64,000 nucleotides of DNA from an uncultured Nitrospiraceae bacterium. Lineage in GTDB: Bacteria; Nitrospirota; Thermodesulfovibrionia; Thermodesulfovibrionales; Dissulfurispiraceae. Below the pieces are notes generated by a model that saw only the letters and a program-made list of their open reading frames with translations, had not been told where the DNA came from and made no database searches. The stretch covers positions 1-64,000 of the forward strand of contig CAMTVO010000020.1 of assembly GCA_947085205.1 (NCBI GenBank), read 5' to 3'. The stretch's first letter is position 1; each line of letters starts with the position of its first letter. Below, piece after piece: positions 57,186 through 64,000 of this stretch. Made by a program: the position numbers and the translations under genes.

Positions 57186-58784
57186 ATGCGTAAAAGAACA
57201 AAATGGCTCGGATTGATATTGCTGGCATTGCTTGCGACCGGGTGCGTTACCATATCAAAAGACATGTATCAGCGCAATATGGTATGGGATACCGTTCCTG
57301 CTGGCGGGTATATAGATGCCAATGTTCATATAGAATCCGACTGCAACTTCAGTGCGGAGTATGCGAAGTTGTGGAGAGACTGGATGAACACCGATGAAAC
57401 CATTGCAAATTACAAGAGAGCGGTTTGCGAACGCATTACCGAAGATATGATTAAATCACGCATATTTACGAGGGTCGACATAGGCGGTCAACTGGATCTG
57501 CTGATCAGGATTGAGTATACCGAATCTCAGGCTGACCAGAAGGTTGCCGTTAATGTCATGGATCCCATAAGCGGTAAAGTTCATGCGATATATGGAACAT
57601 CTTCGGTCCGGATGGGCTACGGGTATGAGAATTTTAATGCCAACTTAAAGCGCATGCTTTCCGAGATAAGAAGCCAGATGCTTGCGGAATATCAGGCAGG
57701 AAAAGGCATAAAGACGCTACTCGCCTCAAGGCAGGCTCTCGGCGTTACGCAGCAGGCTCAACGATATAAGACTGACGCGGAAGATATAACCGTGCCGTTG
57801 TCCCCCGGCGAGAAACTTCCTCCTCTCAGGCGTGAAATATATGCGGTTGTGATCGGCATAGACTACGCAGGCAGGGAAGATATGCCTAATCTTCAATACG
57901 CGGCGACAGACGCTAAAAAGGTATACAGCCTGCTGGTAGACCCACGATATGGAGGAGTGCCTAAAGAAAATGCAATACTACTTCTCAACGAAAAAGCAAC
58001 AAGGAACGAAATGGTAGCGGCATTGAGAAAGATAAAGAACTGGGATGGATATGTATATGTTTATTACTCGGGTCACGGAGCGCCCAAGACAAAAGGAGAC
58101 AAGTTCATGGATGCCTTTCTTGTGCCTCATGATGCTGTAATAACCGACCCCGAGGCGATGGAAGATACAAGCATAAAGATGTCATATCTACAGGAGCTCG
58201 TGGACACATCCAACGCAAAGGGAGTAATGCTTGCCTTGGATGCCTGTTTTTCAGGAGGAGGAAAATCCATAGTACCAAAGGGAGGGAAGCCCTTGGTAGG
58301 AATAATGGTAACTCCCGAGATAATGAAACCGAAGGGTACGGGCAAGGTAATTATCACGTCATCCGCGACAAACGAGCAATCGTGGGAAGACGAAAAAGAA
58401 CTAAAATCAGGCATATTCAGCCATTATCTGCTGGAGGGGATGAAGGGCGGCGCCGGGAAAGACATGTGGGTGAAGGTGGATGAACTGGCGGATTACATAA
58501 AGGAAAACGTATCGAGGGCGGCGAGAAAATTAAAGGGCATGAATCAGAATCCCCAGATATCCGGCAGGGGAGATTTTGCAGTAACGAGGAACTGGGAGAG
58601 GGCAAAGGTAATGGACGTAGAGATAGCCAGATCTAAGCTCAAATCGGCGTTTGAGAGCGGAAGTATCAGTGCGGATCAGTTGAGCAGGGCGCTGGATGAA
58701 CTTAAGTCGCAGAGTCGTTCGAAGACTCTGGATGCGTTTTTGCAAGGCAAGATCGATGATAAGAAGTTCGGGGATTTATATTAA
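57186..58784 (+). CDS. caspase-family (C14) lipoprotein with a distinct N-terminal domain
   Basis: Lipobox ATGC; C-terminal ~320 aa closely parallels 50680-51837 (YYSGHG, LDACFSG). Confidence 0.92.
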   Translation: MRKRTKWLGLILLALLATGCVTISKDMYQRNMVWDTVPAGGYIDANVHIESDCNFSAEYAKLWRDWMNTDETIANYKRAVCERITEDMIKSRIFTRVDIGGQLDLLIRIEYTESQADQKVAVNVMDPISGKVHAIYGTSSVRMGYGYENFNANLKRMLSEIRSQMLAEYQAGKGIKTLLASRQALGVTQQAQRYKTDAEDITVPLSPGEKLPPLRREIYAVVIGIDYAGREDMPNLQYAATDAKKVYSLLVDPRYGGVPKENAILLLNEKATRNEMVAALRKIKNWDGYVYVYYSGHGAPKTKGDKFMDAFLVPHDAVITDPEAMEDTSIKMSYLQELVDTSNAKGVMLALDACFSGGGKSIVPKGGKPLVGIMVTPEIMKPKGTGKVIITSSATNEQSWEDEKELKSGIFSHYLLEGMKGGAGKDMWVKVDELADYIKENVSRAARKLKGMNQNPQISGRGDFAVTRNWERAKVMDVEIARSKLKSAFESGSISADQLSRALDELKSQSRSKTLDAFLQGKIDDKKFGDLY

Positions 58785-58793
58785 TGTAAGGAA

Positions 58794-60407
58794 ATGAGAA
58801 AATCAATCGGCTTATGCCTTTTATTAGTGATGCTTTTTGGGGGGTTGTCTTACGCCAAGACCCTTATACTCGAAGGGAGGCTCAACAGCAGGGTTCAGGT
58901 GACCCAGCAGATAAACTTCAGTGTCAGCAGTCCCCTCTCAAAACTCTCTTTCAGGTTTGCACTCCCGGCAGGCTTTTCAAATAAAACTGTTTCACAGAAT
59001 ATTCACGGATTCAATATCAATTTTGACCCTCAGCCTGTAAAGATTGATGATGAGACAGATGCGTTTGGAAACAGGTTTAAGATAGCTGCATGGAACAATC
59101 CCTCCAGAGATGTGAGGTTAAATATAACCTTTGAGGTGTCCTTAAAATCTGAGCTGTCAGCAATGGAAAGCATATCTCCTTATCCTTTAAAGTCAATACC
59201 CCAGAACGAAATGATTTATCTTAAGCCCACTGAGATGGTTCAGAGCAGCAGTCCGGAGATTGTCTCCCTTTCAAGAAAACTTGTAGGCAACGCAAAAACA
59301 GAATATGAGGCAGTTACTGCCATACTGAATTATGTTATAGATAATGTTAAGTACACCTATAATCCTCCGCAATTCGATGCCCTGTATACGCTGAAAACAA
59401 AATCGGGCAACTGCCAGAACTTCGCCCATCTCAACATGGCGCTTTTACGTGCTGTCGGCATACCGGCCCGTATTGTGGGAGGCATAAGCCTGAAACAGCC
59501 GCTGAAGGTGACTGTCGGCAATAACGATTTTCTTGTGCAGAGTTTAGGACAGGGAGGCCACGCCTGGATGGAGATCTATTTTCCGGATCTGGGATGGCTG
59601 TCTTACGATCCCCAGCAGTCAAAGCAGTTTACGTCTTCACGGCATATCAAACAGACTCACGGTCTCGATTCGGATGATATAAACGACTCATGGAGAGGGG
59701 CTCCTTATCTGCCGGAATACAGCGAAACCGTGAATGCCAAATTTCTTGACGATGTTATTTCGCTTAAAATGAAATCTTCGGAAAGGTCGCCGAGGGCATA
59801 TTTTTTGAGTAATAATTTTTTTACAAAGGCCGAAGTAAAGCCGTATCCGCCTTATGAAAAGCCGAAATTGCCGCCCGGTAAAATTATAGAATTCGGCAAT
59901 ATGGAGTTTCCGAGTCTTGTAAATATATATCAGATAGTGGGAGATAAAGGCGTGAGGATACTCGATAAGGAGACCGCCGAATATGTAACGTCCAGCTATG
60001 TATATGCTCAGGCATTCGAGATAGACGAAAAGCTGAATATCGATAAAATTTCCCTTGCGATGAGAAAATTCGGCGGAGACGGCACTGTTTATGTGGACCT
60101 CGTATCCGACGAAAACGGCAGGCCGGGGTTTGAAGGGATGCGATCCGTGCCTCTATTTCTCGAAAACATCAAAAGGATGCCCGGATATTATTGGGTGGAT
60201 TTTACTTTTCCGGAGAAAGCAGTTCTTAAAAAGGGCAGATACTGGATAGTTCTGAGGCATTCGGGAGAAGCGATAATGAACTGGTTTTATATTCCCGGAA
60301 ATCCTTACGGCGACAGCGACGACACTCGTTCTACATTAAAAGGCTACAAGTGGGAAGATATACAGAACTATGACTTTGTTTTCAAGGTAAGAGCAGGTAG
60401 ATTATAA
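58794..60407 (+). CDS. exported transglutaminase-like protein, copy 2 (intact)
   Basis: Signal peptide SYA-KT; GNCQNFA, GHAWMEIY, WLSYDP. Confidence 0.9.
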   Translation: MRKSIGLCLLLVMLFGGLSYAKTLILEGRLNSRVQVTQQINFSVSSPLSKLSFRFALPAGFSNKTVSQNIHGFNINFDPQPVKIDDETDAFGNRFKIAAWNNPSRDVRLNITFEVSLKSELSAMESISPYPLKSIPQNEMIYLKPTEMVQSSSPEIVSLSRKLVGNAKTEYEAVTAILNYVIDNVKYTYNPPQFDALYTLKTKSGNCQNFAHLNMALLRAVGIPARIVGGISLKQPLKVTVGNNDFLVQSLGQGGHAWMEIYFPDLGWLSYDPQQSKQFTSSRHIKQTHGLDSDDINDSWRGAPYLPEYSETVNAKFLDDVISLKMKSSERSPRAYFLSNNFFTKAEVKPYPPYEKPKLPPGKIIEFGNMEFPSLVNIYQIVGDKGVRILDKETAEYVTSSYVYAQAFEIDEKLNIDKISLAMRKFGGDGTVYVDLVSDENGRPGFEGMRSVPLFLENIKRMPGYYWVDFTFPEKAVLKKGRYWIVLRHSGEAIMNWFYIPGNPYGDSDDTRSTLKGYKWEDIQNYDFVFKVRAGRL

Positions 60408-60418
60408 AGAGACGACTT

Positions 60419-60805
60419 TTGGGTGCATCCCTTACGCCTCCTGACTGGCAGGTAACCATGGGGAATCCGAAAAAGATTGTAGATATGTGGAAAAAAGGTT
60501 ATTTTATTCTCTGCATAACAGAAGATATAGTCCTGGAATATGTAGAGGTTCTAAACAGATTGAATATTCCGATCAGGAAAATAAAAGAGTTGACAGGTCT
60601 TCTTAAAGAAAGAGCAAATGTAGAGTTTCTCGTAAACACTGAAAAAATGGAGATACTAGAAGACGATCCTCAAGACAATAAGTTTATAGAGTGTGCAGTT
60701 GCTGCAAATGCTCGGTATATTATCTCTGGCGATAAGCATTTAAGGGCATTAAAAAGTTTCGGCAATATCAAAATACTTTCACCTTCCGAATTTTTAGAGT
60801 TATGA
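60419..60805 (+). pseudogene. PIN-domain toxin-like gene, apparently missing its N-terminal VLDTN strand
   Basis: EYVEVL, DDPQDNKFIECAV, IISGDKHL; no first catalytic Asp motif and no antitoxin upstream. Confidence 0.65.
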
Positions 60806-60921
60806 AAAAACTTTTATTACTCTCTCCCCTTGCTGCCAAAAGTTTTCTCGGCGGAGATTTTTATTTCAGCCTCCCCTATCTCCCGTCCCTCAGGGGGAGG
60901 GGGAATGACAACTTGGGATGC

Positions 60922-61190
60922 AACAAAATCGAAAGGTCGGGAGACGAGGTAACGGCGAGGGCGGGGCTTACAATGTTTGACGGATTCATGAAGGCGATGA
61001 AGATTGAAGAGATAATAAGCAAGCATAAAACAGTGAACTGCTTACTGCTTAAGGTCGCTGAGTCTGATGCAATACGGAGGTGGCAGGCACATAGCCGATT
61101 TAAGGGAACTAAGAGAAGAGAAGACAAGACATTACAGAAAGCATCAGGGCTGAAAAGCATACCGTCAAATTCCGGAACAGGGGAGTGGTC
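60922..61190 (+). mobile_element. degenerate transposase fragment, IS1380-like
   Basis: KIERSGDEVTARAGLTMFDGFMKAMKIEEII and GLKSIPSNSGTGEW resemble IS1380-family N-terminal motifs; no DDE domain. Confidence 0.45.
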
Positions 61191-61255
61191 TATGTCTATT
61201 TTTCGGACTTGTTTTTGTTATTGTAAATTGGTCATTGGTTATTTTAATATTCAGA

Positions 61256-62230
61256 ATGATAGGCATTATCCTTTTGAACATGGGAGGGCCGGATTCTCTG
61301 CACTCTGTCAAGCCGTTTCTGCGCAATCTCTTTTCTGACAGGGATATCATAAAGCTCGGACCGTCTTTCCTGCAGAAGCCGATTGCATCGCTTATCATAC
61401 GCAAAAGATTAAAAAGTGTTATAGAAGCCTACAGCCTAATCGGCGGCAAGTCGCCGCTCCCTGATATTACGAATGCTCAGGCAAGGGCACTGGAGGAATC
61501 GCTCAACAGTTCACGGTTCACGGTTCACGGTTCACAGGTTTTTAAAGTCTATGCCGGCATGAGATACTGGCATCCATTCATTGAAGAGGCCGTTGACCAT
61601 GCGATGAGGGACAGCGTAGGCAGGATTCTGGCATTAAGCCTTTATCCTCATTACTCCATCGCCACTACAGGAACATCTCTGAAAAAATTCGAAGATGTGA
61701 TAAAAAAATATCATGTGGACCATTTCTGCGTGACCTCGTGGTTTAATCATCCCATTTACATTAATGCCCTTGTAGAGAAAATTAAAAAGGGTTTTGAAGC
61801 ATTTCGCTCCGAACTCAAAATTCCTGTCCTTTTCAGCGCTCACAGCCTTCCTCAGAAATTTATCGATAAGGGAGACCCTTATGCAAATGAAATAAAAGGC
61901 ACAATAGAGGCAATAACAAGAAAGATGGATATTGAATGGTATCTTTCGTATCAGAGCAAGACAGGGCCTGTAAAATGGCTTGAGCCTACAACAGAGCATA
62001 TACTCAAGGAGCTTGCAGAAAAAGGCGTGAAAAACCTTCTTGTTGTGCCCATCAGTTTTGTATCAGACCATATCGAAACACTCTACGAAATAGATATGAT
62101 TTATAAAGACATGGCTCAGGAGCTTGGGATAAACCTTAAGAGAATGGAATCGCTGAACACATCTCCTAAATTCATAGAGGCGTTATCGGACATTGCAATG
62201 AAAAATGTGAAGGATATGGGATGGATATAA
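61256..62230 (+). CDS. hemH: ferrochelatase
   Basis: ILLNMGGP, IGGKSPL, GMRYWHP, LYPHYS, FSAHSLP, GDPY, YQSKTGP, FVSDHIETLYE. Confidence 0.96.
   Translation: MIGIILLNMGGPDSLHSVKPFLRNLFSDRDIIKLGPSFLQKPIASLIIRKRLKSVIEAYSLIGGKSPLPDITNAQARALEESLNSSRFTVHGSQVFKVYAGMRYWHPFIEEAVDHAMRDSVGRILALSLYPHYSIATTGTSLKKFEDVIKKYHVDHFCVTSWFNHPIYINALVEKIKKGFEAFRSELKIPVLFSAHSLPQKFIDKGDPYANEIKGTIEAITRKMDIEWYLSYQSKTGPVKWLEPTTEHILKELAEKGVKNLLVVPISFVSDHIETLYEIDMIYKDMAQELGINLKRMESLNTSPKFIEALSDIAMKNVKDMGWI
61509..61536. repeat. heptamer tandem repeat (GTTCACG)x3 plus GTTCACA, inside hemH
   Basis: Direct reading; encodes SSRFTVHGSQ. Confidence 0.85.
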
Positions 62231-62234
62231 TAAA

Positions 62235-63431
62235 ATGCGCAAATATGACATTGCAATAATCGGGGCAGGCATCAGCGGACTGAGTCTTGCTCACTACTGC
62301 GCCAAAGAAGGTCTCAAGACCTTAGTAATAGAAAAAAGTGAAAGGGTCGGCGGAACTCTACACTCTTACAGATTTAAGGATGCAGACGGCTTCTGGATCG
62401 AGATGGGCGCCCATACCTGCTACAATTCTTATCGCAACTTAATAGGAATAATCGAAGACTGCGGAATTCTCGACCGCCTCGTCAGCCGTGAAAAGGTGCC
62501 GTTTAAAATGCTTATCGACAGCCGGATAAAATCAATCCCATCACAGCTTAATTTTTTGGAACTCATCTTTTCAGCGCCGCGCTTATTTACCCTCAAAAAA
62601 GGGGGACAGAGCGTTGCATCGTATTATTCCAGAATTGTAGGCCGTACAAACTTCGAGCAAGTCCTCGCCCCTGCCATGAATGCTGTAATATCCCAAAAAG
62701 CAAATGACTTTCCTGCAGACATGCTCTTCAAAAAGCGTCTCCGCAGAAAAGATGTAATTAAAAAATTCACTCTGCCCAACGGCGTTCAGACAATAACCGA
62801 TTCTATTGCATCAGAAAAAAACATTGAGATAGCAACAGGGAAGAATGTACTTTCCATAGAATCTAAAGGCGGTAATTTCCAGATTACTACACAGTTAAAC
62901 ACATATGAGTCGGACAGTCTGGCCATTGCCACTCCTGCGTCAGTTGCCTCGCAGCTACTGCATGAATCCTTCCCTGAAGTATCGGAAAAGCTGTCGCATA
63001 TAAAGGTCGAAGCAGTGGAATCTGTAGGCGCAGCGGTAAAAAAAGACTTTGTGGTCTCGATACCTCCTGTGGCAGGGATAATTCCTGCTTCAGACAATTT
63101 CTATTCCATCGTGTCCAGAGACACGGTCAAACACGATACTTATCGCGGTTTTACCTTCCATTTTAAGCCAGGCCTCATGAATCACGAGGCTAAGCTCAAA
63201 CGGATCGCTGATGTTCTTGGAGTAAAGGAAAGGCAGTTAAACCATATAGTAGCAAAGGAGAATTTTATCCCTGCACTCAAAGTCGGCCACGACACATTGG
63301 TTCGTGATATTCAGCAATTAATTTCCGGAAGCCGTCTCCTCCTGACAGGCAATTATTTTGAAGGCATAGCTATAGAAGACTGCATCACGAGATCGCTAAA
63401 GGAGCTCCTGCGCTTAAAGGGGCTTCGCTGA
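62235..63431 (+). CDS. hemY: HemY-type proto-/coproporphyrinogen oxidase (FAD-dependent)
   Basis: IIGAGISGL...EKSERVGG, EMGAH, TGNYFEGIAIEDC; directly after hemH. Confidence 0.8.
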   Translation: MRKYDIAIIGAGISGLSLAHYCAKEGLKTLVIEKSERVGGTLHSYRFKDADGFWIEMGAHTCYNSYRNLIGIIEDCGILDRLVSREKVPFKMLIDSRIKSIPSQLNFLELIFSAPRLFTLKKGGQSVASYYSRIVGRTNFEQVLAPAMNAVISQKANDFPADMLFKKRLRRKDVIKKFTLPNGVQTITDSIASEKNIEIATGKNVLSIESKGGNFQITTQLNTYESDSLAIATPASVASQLLHESFPEVSEKLSHIKVEAVESVGAAVKKDFVVSIPPVAGIIPASDNFYSIVSRDTVKHDTYRGFTFHFKPGLMNHEAKLKRIADVLGVKERQLNHIVAKENFIPALKVGHDTLVRDIQQLISGSRLLLTGNYFEGIAIEDCITRSLKELLRLKGLR

Positions 63432-63488
63432 AATCCAACCGCCATATGTATTTTTATTTTCTGCCTCTCACGGAGGCTAACAATTCCT

Positions 63489-64000
63489 TCAAAGACTGCT
63501 CGCCACTATCCTCTCTGTATCTTCAGCAATAAGATGGCAGTCAACGCGGATGGCGTGGTTTTTCAGACGGCCCTCTATCTGCTTTTTTGCCTTGTGGCAG
63601 ACCTTTCTCAGAATATCAAACCTTTTACCGTAATAAAAACAGGGGAACATATCATTCACGTCCGAAGCTTTGAATGGCTGAAGCTCTTGAGAACTCACCC
63701 CTGCACTTTTTAATACCGTAAACGCATCTCCTGCAGTCGGTTTCTTTGTCTGCCACAAAGAGACCTGCAGGAGATTGCTCCAATTAAGGACTAAATGGAT
63801 TTTTGAGGGGCATGATGACGATTCGGCATTGTACGAATTAACGATATTTACAATGGAATCAAAAATATTTTCTGTTTTGTCGGCAGTTACATATACATCA
63901 TCGCTGTAGTGGAATAATTCTTTGTGAGCCTGCTTTGCCACCGCACTGTCGCAGATTATGATTTCATGGTTTTCCTTCAGGTTATCTATCGGACACAAAA
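63489..64000 (-). CDS. hypothetical protein, probably running off the window edge
   Basis: Open frame of at least 169 aa; no recognisable motif. Confidence 0.5.
   Translation of the reverse strand, partial: LCPIDNLKENHEIIICDSAVAKQAHKELFHYSDDVYVTADKTENIFDSIVNIVNSYNAESSSCPSKIHLVLNWSNLLQVSLWQTKKPTAGDAFTVLKSAGVSSQELQPFKASDVNDMFPCFYYGKRFDILRKVCHKAKKQIEGRLKNHAIRVDCHLIAEDTERIVASSL

Noticed and set aside
50880..58784. Diversity-generating retroelement (TR/VR pair) formed by the two caspase copies
   Set aside because: The repeat is about 1 kb, both copies are coding, many differences are at non-A positions (e.g. GAC/GAT, CTC/CTT, TCT/GCG), and no reverse transcriptase is in the window.

Overview
Bacterial chromosomal window; gene content suggests an anaerobe of the Nitrospirota or deltaproteobacterial type (inference only). 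The left 15 kb is mostly core genes: REP/MITE-like repeats, ubiX, a YihY-family gene, a sigma54-type promoter driving an unusual HndABC/NuoEFG-like redox operon, a PAS-GAF-GAF sensor, fdhD, pilT, pilB, tRNA-Phe(GAA) and rtcA. In that operon the first two genes are receiver-domain fusions and the large FdhA-like subunit lacks the catalytic Cys/Sec. From about 15.4 to 61.2 kb lies a ~46 kb accessory locus made almost entirely of exported or lipoprotein genes. It holds four intact caspase-like (C14) proteases plus a deleted fifth, a TPR-CHAT protease, two transglutaminase-like proteins, a FecR-TPR protein, a CHASE2 class III nucleotide cyclase, a CRP-family regulator, an MlaEFD-TPR operon with a degenerate ATPase, FlgT/LPP20/CsgG/FlgO-like proteins, gene remnants and three toxin-antitoxin-type inserts. 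The most striking signal is a 12-bp pseudo-palindrome (GTGAAAATTACC and variants) found 8 times in the locus. In six copies it directly abuts a -35 hexamer with a -10 box 17-18 bp further on, so it is centred near -41.5, the class II CRP activation geometry. This points to a self-contained cyclic-nucleotide/CRP-controlled extracytoplasmic protease and cross-linking system. hemH, hemY and a partial hypothetical gene close the window. All family calls come from motif recognition by eye, not database searches.
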